A DNA stretch of 63,551 nucleotides, counting the filler. It is 4 parts of 4 records of this genome, joined end to end, with 100 filler letters (N's around TTAATTAATTAA, not from the genome) between each part and the next. Parts side by side here need not be neighbours in the genome. Positions count along the whole stretch, not along the records: positions 1 to 30,621 come from DRR723986_4901; 3 more parts are not named here. One strand, given 5' to 3'. Position 1 is the stretch's first letter. Each line of letters begins with the position of its first letter. The notes beneath the pieces were generated by a model, which worked only from the letters and a program-made list of their open reading frames with translations, made no database searches and was not told the DNA's origin. Of the stretch, positions 10,081-18,161 are shown piece by piece. The translations under genes and the position numbers were made by a program.

Positions 10081-10377
10081 TTAGTCGCGCGCAGAAGCCT
10101 TGCAGGCTTCGAGGTCTTCAGCCGAGAGCTCGTATGTGTCGTTCTTGAAAGATGTGATTTCGCCAGCTTTTTTTGCGATCTTTTTGCAGTCGCGCAGCGT
10201 GACTTTCTTGCGGTCCATGTCGCCTTTGCAGACGGTGCCTTCGCAGGACCAGACGGTACCGATGACGGTGACGCGTGCCTCGTCAACCGGCTTGGCGGTC
10301 TCGAAGGTAAAGCTGGTGGCGAAAGCCGGGGCGGCGAGGCCGAGGAAGGCGGCGCCAAGGATTGCGGAACGGAGCAT
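10081..10377 (-). CDS. CC_3452-family small secreted protein
   Basis: Signal peptide; WSCEGTVCKG...CKKIAKKAGEITSF...LSAEDLEAC four-Cys pattern. Confidence 0.78.
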   Translation of the reverse strand: MLRSAILGAAFLGLAAPAFATSFTFETAKPVDEARVTVIGTVWSCEGTVCKGDMDRKKVTLRDCKKIAKKAGEITSFKNDTYELSAEDLEACKASARD

Positions 10378-10455
10378 GGGAGGATGCCTTTTCGCTTATG
10401 GTTATGTTCAGCGCCGGCAGTACGGTGATCACTCCGGCGCTAAACCAATAGAGAT

Positions 10456-10483
10456 CGCTGAAAAATTCGTCAAGTGTTCAGCG
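10456..10483 (-). promoter_or_regulatory. Palindromic operator CGCTGAA-N14-TTCAGCG enclosing a TTGACG -35
   Basis: Read directly; same motif and geometry recur at 10917-10948. Confidence 0.7.
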
Positions 10484-10503
10484 CTTCATGTTAAGCAGTT
10501 GTC

Positions 10504-10854
10504 TTATTTCAGCGATGCCAGGATACGGGTCGCCTGCGGGGTGCTGGCCGCGTAGATGCGGGTCAGTTCCGGATCGTCGATCTGGGTCACGGTCTTGGCG
10601 ATGATTTCGGAAACGCAGACATCGTCCACGCGCGGGGCGCCGGCGACCGGGCGAGTGTAGCGGCAGGCTTCATTAGCTTGGTCTTGTACTGACTTCAGAA
10701 CAGTTTCGGCGCCGGAAGCCGTGCCGAGAGCTGTGGCGTCATACTGTACGTCCAGCTGCAGATTGCGCTGAATTTCCGCTGAGGCGGGGGTGGCGAACAT
10801 GGCCGTGCCCACAAGGGTGGCAGACGCTGCAAGAGAGAGGATGCGAGAGGTCAT
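10504..10854 (-). CDS. UrcA-family small secreted protein
   Basis: Signal peptide; VQYD..L.T.SG...L...Q.A..AC ...C...I...V..I..P.L pattern with two Cys. Confidence 0.8.
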   Translation of the reverse strand: MTSRILSLAASATLVGTAMFATPASAEIQRNLQLDVQYDATALGTASGAETVLKSVQDQANEACRYTRPVAGAPRVDDVCVSEIIAKTVTQIDDPELTRIYAASTPQATRILASLK

Positions 10855-10916
10855 GGGAGGAAACCTTATTACGTTGGATTTGCGTGACCCGGTGTAGTCA
10901 CAAGGCAGAGAATATG

Positions 10917-10948
10917 AGTGCTGAACAAAATGTCAATCATTCAGCACT
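10917..10948 (-). promoter_or_regulatory. Palindromic operator AGTGCTGAA-N14-TTCAGCACT enclosing a TTGACA -35
   Basis: Perfect 9-bp inverted repeat; TTGACA-N16-TATTCT on minus strand upstream of the UrcA-family gene. Confidence 0.75.
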
Positions 10949-11092
10949 TATAATTTTTCTAACAGTTCAATTTAGTTCGTCGCTTGCCCCGGGGGCAGAA
11001 ATTGCCGTGGGCTCGCGCCTCGATATGCTGCTGTCAAAAGGCTTTACGAAAAGACGCCTCAAACCGGGGCGGAGGTCAGGAGGACGCGCGAC

Positions 11093-12403
11093 ATGGATTT
11101 CAATATTCCCCAGGAAATAGCCGACTATTTGGTGGTGCTCGACAAGTTCATCGAGGACGAAATCAAGCCGCTGGAAGAACAGGACGACAATATCCGCTTC
11201 TTCGACCATCGCCGCGAATGGGCCCGCACCGATTTCGAGAATGGCGGCCTGCCGCGTCCGGAATGGGAAGAACTTCTGACCGAAGCCAAACGCCGCGCCG
11301 ACGCCGCCGGCCACCTGCGCTATGCGCTGCCCAAGGAGTTCGGCGGCCAGGACGGCACCAATCTCGGCATGGCCATCATTCGCGAGCATTTCGCCCGCAA
11401 GGGCCTTGGCCTGCACAACGACCTACAGAACGAGCACTCGATCGTCGGCAATTTCCCGCAGATCCTGATGCTGCGCGATTTCGCCCGCCCGGATCAGCGC
11501 CATCTCGCGGACGCGGCGCTGAAGGGTGAGTTCAAGGCCTGTTTCGGCCTGACCGAACCGCATCACGGCTCCGACGCAACGCATATGGAAACCCGCGCCG
11601 TCCGCCACAAGAAAGACGGCAAGGATGGCTGGCTGATCAATGGCGAAAAGATGTGGATCACCGGCATGCATGTCGCCAGCCACATCATGCTGTTCTGCCG
11701 GACCAGCGGCGAGGACGGCGACGCGAAGGGCATCACCTGCCTGATCATCCCGGCCGATGATCCCGGCGTTATCATCGAAGAGTATATGTGGACTTTCAAC
11801 ATGCCGACGGACCACCCGCGCCTGACCATCAAGGATGTCTGGGTGCCGGAAGACGCCGTGTTCGGCCCGCCGGAAGGCGGCCTTGCACTGGCCCAGCACT
11901 TCGTCCACGAAAACCGTATCCGCCAGGCGGCGAGCTCCGTCGGCGCGGCGATGTACTGCATCACCGAAGCGGTGAACTATGCCAATGAGCGCCGCCCCTT
12001 CGGCAAGCCGCTTTCGGTCAACCAGGCGATCCAGTTCCCGCTGGTCGAACAGGCGACGGAAGCCGAAATGCTGCGCCTCTTCATCTTCAAGACGGCATGG
12101 GAAATCGACCAGATGTCGAAGCCGGAGGTCGCCATCAAGCTCTCCGACAAGGTCTCGATGTGTAACTACAAGGCCAACCGCCTCTGCTGCGATGCGGCCG
12201 ATCGGGCCATGCAGGTGCATGGCGGCATCGGCTATTCCCGCCACAAGCCGTTCGAGCACATCTACCGCCACCACCGCCGTTACCGCATCACCGAGGGCTC
12301 CGAAGAGATCCAAATGCGGAAAGTCGCCGGCCACCTGTTCGGCTTCATGGGGCCGAACAAGGGCAAGAACCGCAACGAACCGTTCGATTTTGCGGTCCGC
12401 TGA
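11093..12403 (+). CDS. Acyl-CoA dehydrogenase
   Basis: FGLTEPHHGSDA, INGEKMWIT, QVHGGIG, RITEGSEEIQ. Confidence 0.96.
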   Translation: MDFNIPQEIADYLVVLDKFIEDEIKPLEEQDDNIRFFDHRREWARTDFENGGLPRPEWEELLTEAKRRADAAGHLRYALPKEFGGQDGTNLGMAIIREHFARKGLGLHNDLQNEHSIVGNFPQILMLRDFARPDQRHLADAALKGEFKACFGLTEPHHGSDATHMETRAVRHKKDGKDGWLINGEKMWITGMHVASHIMLFCRTSGEDGDAKGITCLIIPADDPGVIIEEYMWTFNMPTDHPRLTIKDVWVPEDAVFGPPEGGLALAQHFVHENRIRQAASSVGAAMYCITEAVNYANERRPFGKPLSVNQAIQFPLVEQATEAEMLRLFIFKTAWEIDQMSKPEVAIKLSDKVSMCNYKANRLCCDAADRAMQVHGGIGYSRHKPFEHIYRHHRRYRITEGSEEIQMRKVAGHLFGFMGPNKGKNRNEPFDFAVR

Positions 12404-12437
12404 ATTGCAGAAAATTCTTCGCGCAAGGCGCGAAGGG

Positions 12438-12453
12438 TTAACAACCGGGTAAC
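12438..12453 (+). promoter_or_regulatory. Possible CtrA box upstream of the DUF4332-like gene
   Basis: TTAA-N7-GTAAC (one mismatch to TTAA-N7-TTAAC), with a further GTTAAC a few bases downstream. Confidence 0.4.
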
Positions 12454-12507
12454 CAAGTTAACGCACTCCTCAGTCTGACAATTCTGCCAGGCTGAGGAGT
12501 CTCGCCC

Positions 12508-14484
12508 ATGTCTCTGCTCGAGCGTGTCGTTCGTGCGCATCGCTGCCGTTCCACTCATCACTATATTGCGCTTGATGCCCTTTCGCTGATCGGCGGGGAG
12601 CAGGGGGAGGCCTGGAAGGCCATCTTCCTGGTCCACCATGAACATCTCCTGGAAGGGGCGAAGGCGCCGGATGCGAAGTTCAAGGACTTCAAGAATCATG
12701 TCTGCCACGTAAATGAAGGTCGTTGGGGCGGCGCGCCCGACAAGGCGACGGAATGGTACGCCCGCTCCATCGAACTCCTCCGTGCGAAGAAGTGGAGCAA
12801 GGCGGCCTATGCGCTCGGTGTGCTGAGCCACTATTACGCCGACCCGATCCAGCCTTTCCACACCGGCCAGACCGAGGAAGAGGGCGTCATCCACCGCGCC
12901 GTCGAATGGTCCATCGCCAAGAGCCGTGACGTGATCGACGAACTCATCGAGGCAAATGGCTATCCGGATATCGAGATTCCGGATGGGCCCGGCTTCGTTG
13001 CCGACATGGTTGTGGAAGGCGCGACCCTGTCAAACACGTACTATGACACCTTCATCGATCATTATGATCTTGAGCGCGGCGTATCCCATCCGCCGTCCGG
13101 CCTCGATGACACGATGTGCGAAGGCATTGCCGAGCTGGTGGCCTATGCCACGGCCGGGTTTGCCGCGCTGCTGACGCAGGCGGTCGAGGAAGCCGCCGTG
13201 GCGCCGCCGAAGGCGCATCTGACATTGCAGGGCTATATCGAAACGCTCGACATTCCGCTCCGCTGGATCACGGCGAAGCTCGCTGATGTGAACGACCGCG
13301 CGCAGGTCGAACGGATGTACAAGGAGTTCAAGAAGACCGGCAAAGTGATCAGGAACCTGCCGGAAGACGACAAGATCATCCGCAAGAAGCATGCGGCACA
13401 GGTGCTCCGTGTGCCGCTGAAAGAACTCGACAAGCAGGAAATCCGCCCGATCGGCACGGCCCATGTGCTGCCGGAAGGAGAGGTCCCGGCGATCGTGGAA
13501 GAACCGGAAGCTGAAATCGTCGAAGAGGACATCATCCTCGACGAAGCTGCCGAGATCGAAGCGGATGTTGAAGAGATCGACGTCGACGAAATCGAGGTCG
13601 ATGAAGTTGAAGCAGAAGCTGAAGAGGTTGAAGCTGACGCTGAAGAAGAACTGATCCTCGATGAAGCAGACCTTGCGGCTATCGAAGCGGCGGGACTTGA
13701 CGTGGACGGCGAGACGGAAGAAGCCGAGCTCAGTGCCGGCGACGACGAGGACGAAGACGACGACGAAGAGTGCGAGTCCGATGAAGACGAGGATGAGTAC
13801 GAAGACGAGGACGACGACGAAGAAGACGAAGACTTCGACGTGGAAGACGACGACTTCGACGAAGACGAGGATGATGAGGAATACGACGAGGACGATGAGT
13901 CCGACGAGTATGACGAGGAAGAAGACGACGAAGAGTCCGAATATGAGGACGACGACGAAGCCGAGGAATATGACGACTCGGCCGAAGAGGAGTCCTGCGA
14001 CGAGGCGGAAGAGATTGACGCTTCAGAAGAAGATGACGCCTCCGACGATGAACCGCATGTTCGCTCTTCCGGCCTGACGCGGGAGAACCCGGTCGTCGAT
14101 GCGCCCTCCATTGGCCCGAAAACGGCTGCGCGCCTTGAAGAGGTCGGCATTTACACGATCGGCGACCTGCTCGATTGCGATATCGAGGAGACGGCTTTCC
14201 TGCTGGACATCCACTATATCGACTCCGAAACCCTGCGAGACTGGCAGGACCAGACGAAGTTGATGATGGAAGTGCCGGGCCTGCGCGTGCACGACGTGCA
14301 GATCATGGTCGGCGCTGGTATCCGCACCAGCAAGGAACTGGCTGAGGCGCCTGCGCGCACCTTGTTCCTTCTGGCCACGGAATTCCTGAACTCGCCGGAA
14401 GGTGAACGCGTCCGCCGCGGCGACGACCTCTTCATGGAAGAGGAAGTCGAAGAGTGGATCGAACGCGCCCGCGACGCAGCCTAG
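12508..14484 (+). CDS. Zn-dependent phospholipase C/P1-nuclease-fold domain + polyacidic linker + C-terminal DUF4332-like (HhH) domain
   Basis: THH, GAKAPD, KNH, LSHYYADPIQPFHT and IHRAVE metal-ligand pattern; D/E tract; DAPSIGPKTAARLEEVGIYTIGDLL HhH-like motif. Confidence 0.8.
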   Translation: MSLLERVVRAHRCRSTHHYIALDALSLIGGEQGEAWKAIFLVHHEHLLEGAKAPDAKFKDFKNHVCHVNEGRWGGAPDKATEWYARSIELLRAKKWSKAAYALGVLSHYYADPIQPFHTGQTEEEGVIHRAVEWSIAKSRDVIDELIEANGYPDIEIPDGPGFVADMVVEGATLSNTYYDTFIDHYDLERGVSHPPSGLDDTMCEGIAELVAYATAGFAALLTQAVEEAAVAPPKAHLTLQGYIETLDIPLRWITAKLADVNDRAQVERMYKEFKKTGKVIRNLPEDDKIIRKKHAAQVLRVPLKELDKQEIRPIGTAHVLPEGEVPAIVEEPEAEIVEEDIILDEAAEIEADVEEIDVDEIEVDEVEAEAEEVEADAEEELILDEADLAAIEAAGLDVDGETEEAELSAGDDEDEDDDEECESDEDEDEYEDEDDDEEDEDFDVEDDDFDEDEDDEEYDEDDESDEYDEEEDDEESEYEDDDEAEEYDDSAEEESCDEAEEIDASEEDDASDDEPHVRSSGLTRENPVVDAPSIGPKTAARLEEVGIYTIGDLLDCDIEETAFLLDIHYIDSETLRDWQDQTKLMMEVPGLRVHDVQIMVGAGIRTSKELAEAPARTLFLLATEFLNSPEGERVRRGDDLFMEEEVEEWIERARDAA

Positions 14485-15845
14485 AGCGGCTCAAACTCTG
14501 ACGTGAAGTGCCGCATCATCGGCGGCTCTTTCACGATGTTCAGGCCGCGCAGCTGGTCCTTCGAGGCGGAAAGCTCCTCGAAGACTTCAACGATATAGTC
14601 GGCGTGCGACTGGGTGTAGACGCGGCGGGGCATGGCAAGGCGTACAAGGTCCATTCGGGCAGGCTCCTCGCTGCCGTCCGGCTTGCGCCCAAACATCACC
14701 GTGCCGATCTCGCAGCCGCGGATGCCGCCCATCTCATATAGCGCGCAGGCGAGGGCCTGGCCTGGATATTCCAGCGGCGGGATATGGGGCAGGAAGGCGC
14801 GGGCGTCGACGAATACGGCATGACCGCCCGCCGGCTTGACCACCGGCACACCCATCGCATCCAGACGCTCTGCAATATAGGCATTCGTCCGTACCCGGTA
14901 GCGCAGGTAATCCTCGTCAATGATCTCGGAGAGACCCTGCGCGATGGCGTCGAGGTCGCGGCCCGCGAGACCGCCATAGGTCGGGAAGCCTTCAGTCTGG
15001 ATCAGCAGGGTGCGGGCGCGTTCGGCCAGCGCATCGTCGCGCAGTGCCAGCCAGCCGCCGATATTGGCGAAGGCATCCTTTTTGGCGCTCATTGTCATGC
15101 CTTCGGCGACTTCGAAAATGTCGTGGATGATGGCCTTGATGCTCCGGTCCTGCTGGCCGGGTTCGCGCAGCTTGATGAACCAGGCATTCTCGGCAAAGCG
15201 GCAGCCGTCGATGAAGAAGGGCTTGCGATAGTGCTGGGCAATCTGTGCTGCGGCGTGGATGTTCTCGAGGCTCGCAGGCTGGCCGCCGCCGGCATTGTTG
15301 GTGATCGTCATCATCACGGCCGGGACGGAGTCGCGTTTTTCGCGGAGCAGGGCCTCCAGCGCGTCCAGGTCCATATTGCCCTTGAACGGATGGTCGAGGG
15401 ACGGGACCTTGCCTTCTGCGATAGGCAGGTCCACCGCCTCGGCGCCTGCCGCTTCGATATTGCCCCGCGTTGTGTCGAAATGGGTGTTCGACGGGATGAT
15501 GTGCCCCGGCTTGGCGATCAGGTTGAACAGGAGGTGTTCCGCCGCCCGGCCCTGGTGGGTCGGGATGATATGTTCGAAGTCCATCAGGTTACGGACCGCT
15601 GCCTCGAACCGGTAGAAGCTGGGCGCCCCGGCATAGCTTTCGTCGCCGGTCATCACTGCGCCCCATTGCGCGGCGCTCATGGCCGAGGTGCCGCTATCGG
15701 TCAAGAGGTCGATGATCACGTCATCGGAATGCAGTTTGAACAGATTGTATTTCGCCGCCTTCAGCAGGTCCGCACGTTCCTCGCGCGTGGTCATGCGGAT
15801 CGGTTCGACTGATTTGATGCGGAAAGGTTCGATGATGGTTTTCAT
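14481..15845 (-). CDS. tnaA: Tryptophanase
   Basis: EPFRIKSVE, DLLTDSGT, PLP lysine in MSAKKD; FDTTR and RHFT match tryptophanase rather than tyrosine phenol-lyase (FTTTR, RFFT); ATG at 15845 follows a GGAG. Confidence 0.9.
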   Translation of the reverse strand: MKTIIEPFRIKSVEPIRMTTREERADLLKAAKYNLFKLHSDDVIIDLLTDSGTSAMSAAQWGAVMTGDESYAGAPSFYRFEAAVRNLMDFEHIIPTHQGRAAEHLLFNLIAKPGHIIPSNTHFDTTRGNIEAAGAEAVDLPIAEGKVPSLDHPFKGNMDLDALEALLREKRDSVPAVMMTITNNAGGGQPASLENIHAAAQIAQHYRKPFFIDGCRFAENAWFIKLREPGQQDRSIKAIIHDIFEVAEGMTMSAKKDAFANIGGWLALRDDALAERARTLLIQTEGFPTYGGLAGRDLDAIAQGLSEIIDEDYLRYRVRTNAYIAERLDAMGVPVVKPAGGHAVFVDARAFLPHIPPLEYPGQALACALYEMGGIRGCEIGTVMFGRKPDGSEEPARMDLVRLAMPRRVYTQSHADYIVEVFEELSASKDQLRGLNIVKEPPMMRHFTSEFEPL

Positions 15846-15998
15846 TTGGCTCACTCCGGGCTCGTTAAAAGTCCTGGAGGTTGCCCTAAGGCTTCGCACA
15901 CAGGACTTATCCTGCGCCGCGGTTGCCTCGCCTTGGTGACGCGACCGCGCTCAACGCCTGTTGCAATAAAAATCCGATATCAAGTGCGTTCGCGGTTT

Positions 15999-16994
15999 TC
16001 AAGATGCCGTGTTACTGCCGCGCGGCGAGAGGCCGGCACTGCGATAGATCGCGTCGATCACGCGCATGTTGGCGACCGCATCCTCGCCGCCGGTCAGCGG
16101 CTCGGCCCGCCCGGCGAGCACATCCACCATATGCGCCAGCTGGTGGTCATAGGTGCTGTCACCGGGGATGGTCTCTGTCCGGCCCGGCTGGCCATGCTGC
16201 TGGAGGATGATCTTGTGTCCGCGATGCGGGTGGATCGGATTGTTGAAGGTCAGCGAGCCTTTTGTGCCTTCGACATGCAATTGCAGCCGACGGGAGACCG
16301 TCTCCGCCATGGACGTCATGATCGAGGCGGTGACATCCCCGGGGAAAACCAGCCGCGCATGAGTCGAGATGTCGACCTCCGGCCGGTCGCAATGGCATTC
16401 GGCTGAGGCCACCGACGGCTCGGAGTCCGCTATCGTCCGCACCATGTGGATGCAATAGGTGCCAAGGTCCATCAGCGCGCCGCCGCCGGTTTCCAGCGTA
16501 TGGCGCAACTCGCCCGGCCGGTAGGGAATGGGCACCGAGAAGGCCGCCTCCATGGACAGGATCTTCCCGACATGCCCGCTGCCGATGTGGCCGAGGGCAT
16601 GAATGAAGGCAGGGTGGAAGCGGTAGTGGAAGGCTTCCACCAGCGGCCGGCCCGTTTCTTCTGCCGCGCGCGTCATGGCCATGGCCTCATCCGCATTCAT
16701 GGCGAAGGGCTTCTCGCACAGCACAGCCTTGCCGGCTTTCAGGGCGGCTATGGTGAGGTCGGCATGCCGGTTCGGGGGCAGGGCGTTGTAGATCAGGTCC
16801 ACATCGTCCCGGGCGATCAGAGCGTCATAGCTTTCCGCCACATGCTGGATTCCATGCTCGCCGGCATAGGCGGCAGCGCGCCCGGCATCGCGGGCGGCCA
16901 CGACGACAACCCGGCAGTCCGTCCGGCGGCGCGCCGGTCCGATGATAGCAAGCGGCGCAATCTTCGCCGCCCCTAGGATGCCGATCCGGATCAT
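15999..16994 (-). CDS. Gfo/Idh/MocA-family oxidoreductase
   Basis: IGILGAAKIA, LCEKP, EAFHYRFHP, GGGALMDLGTY. Confidence 0.93.
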   Translation of the reverse strand: MIRIGILGAAKIAPLAIIGPARRRTDCRVVVVAARDAGRAAAYAGEHGIQHVAESYDALIARDDVDLIYNALPPNRHADLTIAALKAGKAVLCEKPFAMNADEAMAMTRAAEETGRPLVEAFHYRFHPAFIHALGHIGSGHVGKILSMEAAFSVPIPYRPGELRHTLETGGGALMDLGTYCIHMVRTIADSEPSVASAECHCDRPEVDISTHARLVFPGDVTASIMTSMAETVSRRLQLHVEGTKGSLTFNNPIHPHRGHKIILQQHGQPGRTETIPGDSTYDHQLAHMVDVLAGRAEPLTGGEDAVANMRVIDAIYRSAGLSPRGSNTAS

Positions 16995-17189
16995 GGAAAG
17001 CCCCTCGTCTCCAGACGCATAGTGGCCACCAGGGCCGGTTTGTAAATGAAACCAGATGAGGCTCGCGGAAATTCTTAACCAGTCCTTGCCGTGATCTTCT
17101 GAATTTCACCGATCCGGTAACCAAACAGAAAGGCTGTCGCGGGTTAATGGAACATCCCAAGGCCGTTAATCTTAGGAGTGCCTACGCCA

Positions 17190-17624
17190 ATGATGAATGA
17201 TCTTACGGCGCACATCGCTAAAACCAGCGGCCTTGCGGACCCTATTGCAAAGCAGGCCCTCGGCATCGTGCTCAACGCCGCCGAACGCCAGGCGTCTCCT
17301 TTCGCCACGGCCATGTTCACGACCATTCCCGGTGCGCGCGCGCTTTCGGCCCGCACGGGCAGCGAACTCGGTGCCCCGGTGGGCGAGATCGCCCGCATGA
17401 TTGAACAGACCCCGGGCGGCAAGCGCCGCGTCACGCGCGAGATGATCACCGCGCTTCATGCGATCGGCCTTGATCACAAGCATATCGGCGCGCTGCTGCC
17501 AGCGATCTCGGCCCATATGGAAGAGGTCCACGGCCTGACCGGCTTCGGCCATCTGGGGGATTTGGTCGGTTCCGATCTCGACGGCGATATTGCCGCTGAC
17601 GACAGCGACACCAAGGCCGCATAA
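17190..17624 (+). CDS. Hypothetical protein, DUF2267-like
   Basis: N-terminus DLTAHIAKTSGL...AKQALGIVL...IPGA resembles the alphaproteobacterial family; AGGAG upstream; own terminator. Confidence 0.6.
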   Translation: MMNDLTAHIAKTSGLADPIAKQALGIVLNAAERQASPFATAMFTTIPGARALSARTGSELGAPVGEIARMIEQTPGGKRRVTREMITALHAIGLDHKHIGALLPAISAHMEEVHGLTGFGHLGDLVGSDLDGDIAADDSDTKAA

Positions 17625-17640
17625 GAGTCTGAAAACACGA

Positions 17641-17676
17641 AAAGAAAAGCCGCCCCAAACCGGGCGGCTTTTCTTT
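17641..17676 (+). terminator. Bidirectional Rho-independent terminator
   Basis: aaagaaaagccgccc-caaacc-gggcggcttttcttt 15-bp inverted repeat. Confidence 0.88.
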
Positions 17677-17702
17677 GCCGGATGAAATCTTGCTCGCTCC
17701 GG

Positions 17703-17728
17703 TGATCCAGCCGCCGGACCGCTGCGTA
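17703..17728 (+). promoter_or_regulatory. RpoE (sigmaE-ChrR type ECF) promoter
   Basis: Exact TGATCC-N15-GCGTA, the consensus known for Caulobacter/Rhodobacter sigmaE. Confidence 0.7.
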
Positions 17729-17734
17729 ACAGGG

Positions 17735-17828
17735 TCGATGCGTCTGGCGTCCCCCCACCCCAGCACGGCGCATCAGTTGACCCCTGGGCCAGGCCGCCAA
17801 ATCACCCTCCCGGCAGCCTGGCCCTTTC
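17735..17828 (+). ncRNA. Candidate sRNA with two hairpins bearing C-rich loops
   Basis: gatgcgtc/ggcgcatc stem around tccccccacccc; gggccaggc/gcctggccc stem around aaatcaccctccc, then ttt; directly downstream of the RpoE motif. Confidence 0.55.
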
Positions 17829-17882
17829 CCTTCGCGTTCTGCCTGTTTATGGAGGGGCGAACGAACAGGGGAAATAAGACAC

Positions 17883-18161
17883 ATGACGGCGACGGCGACG
17901 CTTCAGGCGGATGAGAAACTTGCGCTCGATCTGATGGCGGCCATCCGGATGGCTGCCGAAGAGCTTTGCGCGCCGTCGCATGTGGACCTGGTCTCGGTGA
18001 CCGTGGATGTTTCCGCCCGGATCGAGAACGCTTCGAAAGCCAGCTTCGACAGCCGCATTGACCGGCGCACCCGCACCATCCTCTTCGCGGGCGGCTCGGC
18101 GACGGTCGATGGCACGATCGTGATGACTGCGACGGCCGTCTATTCCATCCGCCCGGCCTGA
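17883..18161 (+). CDS. Small hotdog-fold/PaaI-like hypothetical protein
   Basis: SVTVD...RIDRRTRTILFAGG...VMTATAVY resembles a thioesterase beta-sheet. Confidence 0.6.
   Translation: MTATATLQADEKLALDLMAAIRMAAEELCAPSHVDLVSVTVDVSARIENASKASFDSRIDRRTRTILFAGGSATVDGTIVMTATAVYSIRPA

Noticed and set aside
13740-14050. GAC/GAG/GAA-rich quasi-repeats, and a poly-Ser ORF on the minus strand (13233-14150)
   Set aside because: Both arise from the D/E tract of the plus-strand gene; no fixed repeat-spacer period, so not a CRISPR or tandem array
14481-15845. Tyrosine phenol-lyase as an alternative call
   Set aside because: Diagnostic FDTTR and RHFT residues favour tryptophanase
17070-17170. Several TTAA/GTAAC half-sites upstream of the DUF2267-like gene
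   Set aside because: No correctly spaced TTAA-N7-TTAA pair; too weak to call CtrA
17825-17839. TTTC-N7-GTTC possible LexA box before the hotdog-fold gene
   Set aside because: Mismatch in one half-site, overlap with the sRNA 3' end, and no SOS-type gene downstream
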